Assembly: GCF_000143415.4 (NCBI RefSeq)
Contig: NW_003314339.1
Span: 303,751-367,750 of the forward strand
Source: Selaginella moellendorffii
Lineage: Eukaryota > Plantae > Lycopodiophyta
DNA length: 64,000 nt
Direction of reading: 5' to 3'
Of the stretch, positions 10,912 to 21,749 are shown in pieces. How positions within the stretch are numbered: the stretch's first letter is position 1; each line of letters starts with the position of its first letter. Made by a program: the position numbers and the translations under genes. The notes under the pieces were generated by a model. It did not search any database. It had not been told where the DNA came from and worked only from the letters and a program-made list of their open reading frames with translations.

Positions 10912-12718
10912 ATGGGAATGGAAAACCTGGGGGTCGAGTCGGAGCGGCGTTCTCGGATATCAAGAAAGGGTCTTAAGAAATTAAGCAAGATAAGTAATGA
11001 GTATGACAAGCTCAGCAGGTTTTCCAAGGAGAAGAGGCTGGTGGGGCAATATGTCAACACGAGGTACGATGCAGTGGCTCAGGATCCAGACTTGGCCCAT
11101 TTACTGGGTTTGCTCTACATCCACCAACACTGGGATCTCTTCCAAGATTTCATCTCCGAAGAGGTTTTCCAGACTGCTCGCCACATCCTCCAGGACCCAT
11201 GCAGCCCTCAACTCGCTCGACGTTTTCTGGAATCGGGTTTGTGTGGTTTTATCGTGGAGCTGAACTTATTCATGTTTCTGTAGAAGATGCGACTCAAAGG
11301 ATCAGCAATGCTTTGCTGTCTTTTCGCTTTGCTCAGCGCAAAACGGTGAGTGTCTCCTCTTGTTTCTGTTTTGTGTCTCTTACCAATTCATGTAGATGGA
11401 TCTTTCAAGTGAAAAGTTTGGTGAACGAGCTCAAGCCGTTTACGAGGCCCTCTCGTATGATATAGTCCAAATGGTTGAACGGCAGTCATCACCAAGCTAC
11501 GGCAAACTCAGCCACCAAGAGCTGGAGCTGCTCCTCTGCAGCATCAAGTCCGAACCGTTTATCGAGGACTTGCTTGTGCCTTGCCTTCTTCCAGACGTTC
11601 TAACACACCGGGAGAAAGTGGAAGATGCGGTTGCGCATGCTCGGCTCATGTTGCTAGAAGCAGAGGCGAATATTTTCTATGGCTGCTCCTTCAACTGTAA
11701 GTATGGCGCGCTTTGGTTTATCATTATCTTCTCTGTCTGCTACAGATGCTGAACTCAAAGCAGCAGCAAAGGCTTCAGTGACTGAGAAACAAAAGCTCCA
11801 TGACAGCAGCCAGCTACTCTGGTAAACCCAGTTTCTGCTTCTATCCTTACTATCTTTGTCTTGGTTTCCTTGCGTTCAGGTACATGCTTCGCAATCCTTC
11901 TCCCATAGACAAGTCGTTCAGGAGCTTTTACCTCGACGCGGTGCTACATTCAACGACGTATGTCTCCCGTTTTCTTTTCTTATCTTTGTGAATTCGCTTA
12001 AATATTTGTGTCCAGGGCCGGGGAGGTCAAAGTGCTCACCCCGGAAGACTATCCGGACACAGTCCCTCCTGAGTTTCAAGAGGACCTTTCTGAAAAAGAT
12101 CTGCGCGTGTTTCGCATCATTCCTCATGGAACTTCGTTCGGGTATGTATACTATGCAAGTGCATTTGAATCGCTCATCTCCTTGATCTGGTGATCTTGCG
12201 CTTTCTGTCTCAGCTCAAAGTCGAACGTGGTTTTTGCAAGAATGTGTGAGTTTGACCTCAAGAGCATCCTGTTGGGGGAGCCCGTGGCCAGGGAAAGGGT
12301 GTGCCAAGCTCATATACTTATCGACAAGGTATGGCCAACTCCAAAGGAGGTGTACGAGGCTTTGGTTCAGAGGTACTCTATGCATCATCAATTCGATCGC
12401 CACCTTGACATTGTCATTTGTGCTTTAGTGTCATGGAAGGTCCCAGCAGCGTGAGGCAGGTTTCCAAGAGCAAGAGGGATGCCCACCACCGAAGGTAATT
12501 CAACTTTTTGTTCATAACAGTGTTAATGCAGCGATTACAGGCCCTCTGTTGTGTGCAGAAGTGCTGCGGACAATTTCCGAGAATCGGATGGCCATAGGTG
12601 CACTTTTTTTTATCACAGTTTTGTTGGCTTTTCTAACGACGTGTTGTGCAGGGAAGATGCCGAGCCCGAGATTTTCAAGAAAAAACGGAGGAAAGCGATG
12701 CTGCTCCGTCAGTGTTAA
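10912..12718 (+). CDS. Uncharacterised orphan protein of about 10 exons (roughly 430-440 aa)
   Basis: Manual GT-AG splicing joins ORF blocks (MGMENL..FLES / EDATQR.. / MDLSSEK.. / AELKAA.. / YMLRNP.. / AGEVKV.. / SKSNVVFARMCEF.. / VMEGPSS.. / PSVVCRS.. / EDAEPEIFKKK) with compatible phases. The last exon is frameshifted relative to the paralogue at 20485. Confidence 0.6.
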
Positions 12719-12939
12719 GATTAAAGGGGGACATTCACAATGCTTTCAGGAGCAACAAAACGCTCAAAGTTTATGATGAAGGATCAGGTTTCTTGGACAT
12801 CTTTAGCCCAGATAATTAAATAAAATGAGTTTCTTATCTTAAAGCATATACATAACTGTTGCTGTTAGTAAATCTGGCAACACTTTACATTCCAATTCCA
12901 GCAGTAAGTCTCATCTGATTGATCTCAACCTACTGTAAG

Positions 12940-13020
12940 CATTTATCTTTATCTGTGATCGAAAATATCAAGGAGTGGATTTTGTGCTGCTGGCCGGCTA
13001 CCAAAACTCGTGGAAGTGAC
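12940..13020 (+). pseudogene. Inverted micro-copy of the PUR3 fragment
   Basis: atttatctttatctgtgat..tcaaggagtggatttt..gtgctgctggccggctac..aactcgtggaag is the reverse complement of about 14980-15080. Confidence 0.75.
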
Positions 13021-13042
13021 CTTATTTCTCTTCCTTCTTCTT

Positions 13043-13240
13043 GGAGAGCAGGATCAGAGCGCCCGAACTTAAGAGATGCCGCTGGAGCTGGCGATCAACA
13101 AGCATCCGGTATTAGGCGCTCCCGATTAAATCGCGACACTTGAGAGAGAGACAGAGAGAAAGATCGTGCGTGCACACAAACCTGGCCGCGCGATGATCGT
13201 AGAACAAGAATCACCGCCCTCCAACGATCGCCCTGACCTA
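13043..13240 (-). repeat. Inverted copy of the promoter/5'UTR of the orphan gene at 16337
   Basis: Reverse-complement similarity to 16110-16325, including the GA/CT microsatellite and gatcgtagaacaagaatc..cgatcgccctgaccta. Confidence 0.8.
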
Positions 13241-13399
13241 TAGATACCGAGAGATAGTCGTGATTGTCGATAGAGCAAAACTTGAAAATGTGGATCTGGA
13301 TACATGATTCCATTCTAGTCGGTCGCCAGGGGTACCATCCCGGTAAAACGTGGACCCGATTTCTCCAAAGCACCAAATTACTGTCTGGTTATTCTTCCG

Positions 13400-14220
13400 A
13401 CGTTAAGATTCGACGAATATCCTGTTTAGGACTTGTAGTTATATTGGAGTCAAAGGCATTGTCCTCGTCAACCTTGGTAAATGTCAATCGCTTGTCTCCC
13501 TTCGGCATTTGCCCACACAACCAGCGATTGTTCTCTTAGACAGTCACTAGCAACAAAGACACCCTTGACATTTGTAGAAAATTTGGCATACTCAGCTTTA
13601 ATTGTGGTTGTGTGCCAATTTGAGTTTCTCATAACCTGGGATCAAACTTCTCCTTTTGCCTCGGCGTGCCCACAACACGGAAACTTCATGATTCTTACCA
13701 TGGATTCCCTGGCACATGAGTTGCCAGGGAGTAGCTCTATGATCGAGACCAACTAAGAAAAAAAATCCATCAACACTCTTGCAGCAGTGACAAACTGCAG
13801 TACTGATGCAATGTGTGCCTGTATCAGCCCAACTATCACCACCACCTTCTCGCCTTTGGCGAATATGTAGTTACCATCTTTAAGCTCCGAATCAAGTAAG
13901 CTCTTCATATTCATGTGCGGCAAAATGTATGCGCTCGTATTCTTGGCCTTCTACTTTGAAAAACAAATGGTCAGAGTTCCAAAACAAATCGAAGAAGGCA
14001 AGAGTTTCATACCTTGCGTTGGTAGCTAACCTAGTTCTCCACCAAAAATAGCTACATTGCGGTTAACTCGCCGTTGCACGACCTCTGCTTTGTCGGTCTT
14101 CATGTTGTGCACACCGAAGACCTCCGATACTATCTGCTCTCTCAAACACTGTCACGGAGTGTCCGGCCTTATTGAGCTGATTAGCAAGGCCTGCCGGACC
14201 GCTACCTACAATCGCCACTA
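13400..14220 (-). pseudogene. GLT1: NADH-GOGAT beta-domain fragment, copy 2
   Basis: [72 protein letters not shown] and [14 protein letters not shown], with frameshifts and deletions. Confidence 0.88.
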
Positions 14221-14679
14221 GAGACAACGACGTGAGAAACCAACGACGTGAAAACTTGTCTCTACATACCCGGTCCAGCCCTCCTCAAACTATAATTCCC
14301 AAAAACACAGGCACCCTCGCAAGGAGCAGGGCCTGGTTCCAGTCTTGCGTTCGTTCCTGGGCCAAGTGATATGGAAGCATTTCTCATTCATACAAGAAAT
14401 ATCCCCGATGCGTCACTGCGTCGGAAATTTTTGTGGGCTGCGATTGAGCCTAAGTCTTAAAACAAAGCGAACACGTCAGAGTTGCAGGCGAAATAATCAT
14501 TCAATTCTACCTCGACTACTGCACCCTTCCTGGCAAGCATCCACACCGGCTCGCTCCTCTGGCGCTCTTTTCTTGGCCCTGTCCTCGTTGAGAGCTCTTT
14601 TGTAGTGCGGGGTAATTGGCCTGCAGATGCATATGCTTGTTATGGAAAATGGTATAGAAAGATCGAAATACAAGGTAGT

Positions 14680-15180
14680 TCTTTTTTGCGCATGCGAGGG
14701 ACTCCATCACCACTCCATTCAATCCTTTCTTCGCAGAGAGCAGCCACAACTCCACATACAGTGCGTGCTCCTGTTGGTAGCAAATCGCATCGAAAAACCA
14801 ATCGAGACTAAAGAACGATCAAACCACGTACTTGCTCCAACACTCCTTGTGGCGTGTCCGTCTCTTGTTGCAAGCAATCGATGAAAGATAGAAGTTACCG
14901 AGCGCCGAGATCCTCGTGGACTTTGATTCCGTAGAAACCTTTGCCTCCAAAAGCCGGGAGGAGCGTGCTCGAGGAAACGCTTCCACGAGTTCTTTTGTAT
15001 CAACTTTAAGTAGCCGGCCAGCAGCACGAAATCCACTCCTTGATGCTTGCGAATGTTCATCACAGATAAAGATAAATCTTCTAGGAAAAGAAAAGCATGA
15101 AACCAACCTCAGAATTTCCACGAGCTCGTTTGGAGAGACTCCAGAACTTTGTTCTCGGATAATCGCCAAGGACAAAAGAA
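14680..15180 (-). pseudogene. PUR3: Phosphoribosylglycinamide formyltransferase fragment
   Basis: SPNELVEILR, VDFVLLAGYLKLI, KELVEAFPRA, PAFGGKGFYGIKVHE and VAALCEERIEWSGDGVP. Frameshifted, and the catalytic NIHP segment is deleted. Confidence 0.82.
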
Positions 15181-15351
15181 TGGGAAGAACTAAACTCTAG
15201 CTTGCTGGAATGCTATGGATTCTAGCCATGGAGAAAAACCAAGTAACCTGGCTTGTCCGAGACACGCGATTGGCATCGAGCATAAGGGTTAGGTCTCCAT
15301 TTGGCCATGGAGAAAATCAGCTAAGCCGAGAAGCGTGGCGCTGGTCGAGCT

Positions 15352-15553
15352 CCGTTCTTGATTCGATTCCATGGTAATTTTTAAAGGGCCCCTATAAACT
15401 GTTTGAGGACTGGATTTTTCTTTCACGATTCCGTAGCCAAGCACGGCGCTCATTGTTGTAGATTTTCTTTGTTGACTCTTGTAGGTTGTCAACAGCCGTG
15501 TTGGAACTTGAAACCCTTGGTCGCAACAGTAAAAAGTGGCACGGAAAGGCACT
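15352..15553 (+). repeat. Near-identical duplicate of the SLAC/SLAH upstream (TATA and 5'UTR) region
   Basis: Matches 25323-25512 (ttccatggtaattttt..gggcccctataaactgtttgaggactgg..gtggcacggaaaggcact). Confidence 0.88.
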
Positions 15554-15567
15554 ATAAACCCAACTGC

Positions 15568-15601
15568 CTGAAGGTCGTGTGTTCGATCCACGCTCATCGC
15601 A
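15568..15601 (+). pseudogene. 3' half of tRNA-Phe, second pseudo-tRNA
   Basis: ctgaaggtcgtgtgttcgatccacgctcatcgca covers the variable loop, T-arm and 3' acceptor strand, with 2 substitutions. Confidence 0.78.
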
Positions 15602-16336
15602 TAAAAACGATTTGCCTTTAAGCACTGTTTTCATTTTGGACGATGTAGTTTCTTTAATTATTTCTATTATTATTTGGCAGAATATTAATATAGCTCAATC
15701 TAGTGGATATTCTACGAATATTCTCTTTAAAAATATATTTGTCCACGTGGCATTTGAACAGACGACCGTCATCGATTCAAATATCCCGCGGTTTCTCTCG
15801 TTGCATCGGCGCTGGTGCATATCGATCAAAGCTTATTTTGGTCCGGGAAGAACGATGAGGATATACACACAGCAAAGGACAAAACCATGAGAATGGAGGT
15901 GTCCATCTGCTGGACGCCACGTTTTAGCGGATGGTGACCTCTAACGAACTAGAGGGCCGACCGACTGGAATGGATTCATGTATCTAGTGACCAGCTGTAC
16001 AAATTCGAATTTTGCTCCATCATAACCAGATCGATTTGTGATGGTTTGATTCCTCTTTTATCGACGATCACAACTGCACGGCCAGCCGCCCACAGCTTTC
16101 TCTCGGCATCTAGGTCAGGGCGATCGCTGGAGAGCGGCGATTCTTGTTCTACGATCTTTGATCGATCACGCGGATCGCCAGGTTTGTGTGTGCACGATCT
16201 CTCTCTCTCTCTCTCTCTCTCCGCGATTTAATCATTGGGAGCGTCTTGATTGCCAGATAGAGAGATTGCGAGGATGAGCTCTAGCGGCATCTTTCAAGTT
16301 CCAGCGTTCTGATCCTGCTCTCCGCCCACTGCTGCC

Positions 16337-17458
16337 ATGGCAAGGAGAAGGAAGAGAAATAAGAGAAAGAAGGTGGACCAGGTATGGCTGCATTTCATTC
16401 TTGCCAGTGAATGCACGTAGAGATCGAGATCACACTTTTCGCATGGATTTCGCAGGGTGAACAGTCGCAGCTGGGAAGGGGTGATGCCTCTAGTGGACCT
16501 CCAAATGCGCAGCCTCAATCTCAGCTCGACCAGGTATTCTCGCTGTTGCAAAGCCCATGTAGAAATCACTCCTTTCCCATTTTGCAGGGTAAACCGTCTA
16601 GCAAGAGGGTGTGGATGGGTGGTGATGATGCTTCTAGTAGTGGACCTTTGAATCCTCAATCTCAGATCGTCCACCAGGTATGGCTGCATTTCATCCTCTC
16701 AAGTTATATACCCATTTTACAACAGGGCAAACCATCTAAGAAGAGGATGCGGCTGGGAGGGGGCGATGCTTCCAGCAGTGGACCTCCCAAGCATGAGAAG
16801 GTGCTAGTCTGTTTTTTGTCCAATCTTCCATGCCATATGGTGACTGTTTGCATCTTAGTTCGACTACACGCTGGATTATTTCATCCAGCGAGAACCAGAC
16901 AAATTGCTTGTTAATGATCCTCACCGGAGATCGTTTACTGCGGCACAAGCAGTACAATGGTGCCCGGATATGCTTCCTGACTGCAGCAGAATGACCTTCT
17001 TGACAAACAACCAGCTGCCAAGAAAGTTTGCCCGGTAAGATACTTCATCTTTTACTTGCTGCCATAATGCTTTTGTATATAGCTTTGCAGTCCCTTCGGA
17101 CATGCAACAGAAGTGGAGACAGTATTTACATGATCAACATCTCAGGAACCAGACAATCAAAGTTCACAAGCAACATATTAAGGAGATGCCTGAAGATCAG
17201 CAAGTGCGGTTTTCAGAGCATAAACATCATCGGGCCAGAGCTAGTGTGATCCACTTTGCGTGTGATCACATGCTCACTCTCTACATGGAAGTCAGTAAGA
17301 ATCTCTGGCAGCTGGTCTTCTACACTGACGAAGTAACAAATCAAGCAGTGGGAATAGACCAGTTTGATGACATCGAAAACTATGACAGTTTTCTTGACTG
17401 GGTGTCTTCAAACATCTGTGAAACCCATCCGGAATTATATCCTGGCAATGTAGAATAG
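16337..17458 (+). CDS. Uncharacterised 6-exon orphan protein (269 aa) with a basic N-terminus and three duplicated exons
   Basis: Exons 16337-16381, 16456-16533, 16588-16677, 16726-16800, 16889-17034 and 17083-17458, all GT-AG, total 810 nt with no internal stop. ATG context gccATGg; (CT)n in the leader. Confidence 0.7.
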
Positions 17459-17539
17459 TTGCATTTCTAATTACTGGAAGTAATCAAGAGCAGTAACTTT
17501 TCTTTCTACTCACTGAGCTGCTGGGACTTTTTTTTGCGA

Positions 17540-18400
17540 GCCTTACATAGTTCTTCAGGAAAGAGCATGGTTGATATCCTCTGACTCGAGCTTATTATCT
17601 GTGCAACTCAGTGGCCACAGCTAAATGAGGTATGTGCACGCGTTCCAGCTCAATCCTCCTTCAAGCAGACACTTCGATGGAATATTAGCTGTAAGAATGG
17701 AAGTGAGTCCAGGCTCCCTAACTAGTTGTTAATTCGAAGGTGGGAGTTGACCAGCTATTGTCAGTGGAGAACTATACCAAGGCAAGGTACAGAACTCTTG
17801 CCTTCTTCGAACTCTGCCTTCTTCCATTTGTTTCCATTTGTTTTTCAAAGTAGAAGGCCAAGAGTATGAGCGCAGGCATTTTGCTGCATGCGAATATGAA
17901 AAGCTTAACTATATATCTGCTAAAGGCAAGAAGGTGGTCGTGATAGGTCAGGTGATACAGGAACACATTGCATCGGTACTGCAGTTTCATCACAGCTGCA
18001 AGAACGTTGATGGATTTTGTTCTTCTCAGGCTCTTGGTTGGAGTGGGATGATATGTTCACCACAGTGACATTCGAAGAGTTGGTCTCGATCATAGAGCTA
18101 CTGAGAATCCTTGCCTACTGGTAAGAGTCAAGGCAAAGGAGAAGTTCAAAGTGGCACACAAACACATTTTATGGCAAATTTACTACAAATGTCAACAGTG
18201 TCTTTGCTGCTGGTGACTGTTGAAGAGGACAATCACTAGTTGTGTGGCCAATTGCTGAAGGGACGCAAGCATAGCACAGATTGACAAGTTTACCAAGGTT
18301 GGCAAGGACAAATGTAGTTTTTCTAGAAGCCCTAAACATCAAATCTTCCCATGTCATTGATTCAAATATCCCGCTCACTGCTTCGAATGTTGGCAGAATA
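17540..18400 (+). pseudogene. GLT1: NADH-GOGAT beta-domain fragment, copy 3 (inverted relative to copy 2)
   Basis: NYISAKGKKVVVIG and [30 protein letters not shown]. Reverse-complement similarity to 13400-14050. Confidence 0.82.
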
Positions 18401-18429
18401 CTACTAGACAGCCACCTATTTATTTAAGG

Positions 18430-20200
18430 TGATGACAAGGTTTAGAGGTGAATCTTTTAGTGTTTTGGCAGATCCGATGAAGTTGTTAAATAACTTTTAG
18501 AATATTAAATTAAACTGAGTATATTTAAAAGGTTTATTTTTAACTTTTATTAATTTTTCCAACAAAATATAAATGATAATATATAACTAAATATAACTCA
18601 AAATAAGAAGAAAATTTTATTATAATAAAAATTCTTTTTAGTTAAAAATTTAAGAAATGTATATATTTAATTAACTTATATACCACTATGCTAATATTAA
18701 TACTTTACATTGTAAATATATATTTAAACCTCATATCATCCCCTTTTCTCAGAAAGATAGAAGACAATTATAGTCCCTTAATTGATAAACTGAGATTTAA
18801 AAGAACATTAGGAGGCACTAGTAAATTTATAAGTGGTGTAGTGTTTTATTGATCCTTTTATATGAAATGCTTAAGTTGTTGCATATGTAAAATTTTTCCT
18901 TAAGTGATAAATGACCTCAAAGTTATATATTTGAAACTTTAAAACCCACTAAACTATACAACTAACTAATTTCTTCTACTTTAATAATGAAGTGACCATA
19001 CCCCTTAACAATGTCAAAGAACCATGTAAGTATATATGAAGTTTCTCAAAACCCTAAACTATTACTAACCACTCTTTCTTTATTGTGGAGTGATTCATTT
19101 CTATTAATTATAATTTATGATTGATGTATATGATAGGATGATATTAACTAGGTATATTTATGGTCTCTTGCAAATCTCTAACATGATTTTTAAAAGCATC
19201 CATTTGCAAGATGAAAAGTCAAGTGTAATCAAGATATGCCAAAATTAGAGGAGTTGTCAACACCTTTTTAAGATTTGCAAATGCTCATTCACAATTCTCA
19301 TAATATTGATGGCCTTTTTTAAACTCCTCTCCCTTCTTTACTCTTTTCTCATATTTTTGATGAGCCTATTGCTTTAGTATCAATGGATTTTTTAGATGAG
19401 GATTCCATACCATCAACATTCACTATATTTGATATTTAGTATCCATAAGATATGGATCTAGATTTACTTTTTCTTGATAAGGTTTATGAGGTTTAAAGGT
19501 TAAGTTATGGATTTGAAAAATTTATGATAAGTTTAAGAATCATACATTATTTGTTGATAACTTGCCATTTTGGCATTTATATTTTTAAAATCACCTTAAA
19601 GACAACTTTCTTTATTTTATGGGGATTGATCCTAATGACTATTTGGAGTTGGTGGTGTTTTGGATATTTATTCCACATTTTTTCTACGCCTACTATAATT
19701 CTTCTATTTTAGGTAGAGACATGAGATATTGTCATGTGATTGAGAAGCTGCACAAGTTTTTCTATTAGCCAAAGAAGTGATATAATGTTATCTAATATAT
19801 GTATAATTATGTTTAGTGTCAAACTCATAATACTCCTCTTCATATTGTGGAAGGATAGTTGAAGTTAATTGCAGTTTTTCAATTTCTATTTCAGTTAGTG
19901 GCATTTGATTTGATAAGACATTTTCTATGGTTGATTATTAACAATAAATACATCATTATTATTTTTGACTATTTGACTCAGTGGGTGGAAATTAGTGCTC
20001 TTGCTAGGGCATTTATAATTGTTATTGAATATTTCTTCCTCAATCAAGTGGTATTTCAATATTCATATCTAGAGCATATTCTCTTCAATAATGTTCCCAT
20101 GTTTATGGTTGAGGCATTTTATATTTTTACGTTTCGACTAAGGATATACCATATTTATAGTGTTTATCATCCATAAATAGATGGTTTAGTCCTTTAAAGT
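18430..20200 (+). mobile_element. Highly decayed AT-rich LTR-retrotransposon remnant with integrase core
   Basis: 19859-20190 reads YIIIIFDYLTQWVEISAL..FFLNQVVFQYSYLEHILFNN..YHP*IDG, a degenerate rve core. The left boundary is set by AT richness only. Confidence 0.55.
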
Positions 20201-20484
20201 AATAAGTACAAAATACATGAACTTTCAGTAGCTAAGTTTGGACTTGAAATTGGAATAAAAAGTGATGTCTACATTGCAAATATGTTCCCAATTTATTAAC
20301 AGCTACTCTCTCAATTAAAAACATGAGAGAGGCTAAGCTGGCCTATATTGACCAAGTCAAAGTATTCCTAGAATGTTTTAACAAATAAAATGAGCCATTA
20401 TTATTCCTATTGATTAATTTAATTAAACAGTTTTATGTTTAGTTAATAACTGACGAATATCCTGGAATATACCAAATATCTCTA

Positions 20485-21560
20485 TTATCCTTTTCTTTTA
20501 TTGGGCTTGACGAAAAGATGTCCAAGATCACTAAAAAGGCAATGCAGATAACTCAGAGCTGGGCCTTCATTGCTGCACCTGCAGCAGAGCTTACTGGCGC
20601 TTGATCCTTCATCATAAACTTTGAGCTTTTTGTTGCTCCTGAAAGCATTGTGAATGTCCCCCTTTAATCTTAACACTGAAGGAGAAGTACCTGAATCGTT
20701 CGCTTTCCTCTGTTTTTTCTTGAAAATCTCAGGCTCGGCATCTTCCAAGCTGCACAACATGTCGTTAGAAAAGCCAACAAAACTGTAACCAAAAAAAAAG
20801 TGCACCTGTGGCCATCAGATTCCCGGAAACTGTCCACAGCACTTCTGCACACAACAGAGGGCCTGTGATTGCTGCATTTACACTGTTATGAACAAAAAGT
20901 TAAGCTACCCTCGGTGGTGGGCATCCCTCTTGCTCTTGGAAACCTCCCTGACGCTGCTGGGACCTTCCATGACACTAAAGCACAAATGACAATGTCAAGG
21001 TGGCAATAGAATTGATGATGTAAAGAGTACCCCTGAACCAAAGCAATGTACACCTCCTTTGGAGTTGGCCAGACCTTGTCGATAAGTATATGAGTTTGGC
21101 ACACCCTTTCCCTGGCCGTGGGCTCCCCCGACAGGATGCTCTTGAGGTCAAACTCACACATTTTTGCAAAAGCCACGTGCTGAAACAGAAAGCGCAAGAC
21201 CATCAGATCAAGGAGATGAGCCATTCAAATGGATACTCGAAGCAAGTTCCATGAGGAATGATGCGAAGCATGCGCAGATCTTTTTCAGAAAGGTCCTCTT
21301 GAAACTCAGGAGGCACTGTGCGGATAGTCTTCCGGATTTAGCACTTTGAGCTCCCTGGCCCTGGACACAAATATTTAAGCGAATTCACAAAAATAAGAAA
21401 GGAAAACGGGAGACATACCTCGTTGAATGTAGCACTGCATCGAGGTAAAAGCAAGAGTAGCTGGCTGCTGTTATGGAGCTTTCGTTTCTCAGTCAAGACT
21501 GCATGTTGACTTATTACCCGACCAGCCTTTTCTCCTTGGAAAACCTGCTGCCATAAAAGT
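20485..21560 (-). pseudogene. Inverted, internally deleted paralogue of the orphan gene at 10912
   Basis: High reverse-complement similarity to 11775-12790 (MCEFDLKSIL.GEP.ARERVCQ.HILIDKVWPTPKEVY). 21520-21555 matches 11015-11050, so about 700 bp is deleted. Confidence 0.85.
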
Positions 21561-21749
21561 TGGCTCATACAGAAACCGTAAAACTAGGATTAAGTCGCCA
21601 TTTTTTCATATTTTTTGCTACTTTTTTAAAGATTAGAGCTTTTTTGGATCGAACATGCGACTATTTTTTGGTATGGTATGACAGCTCCTCACGACTATAC
21701 TGCTTTGTGATTCGCACTAGTCTTGCATTGCAATTGTTATAAAGAACCT

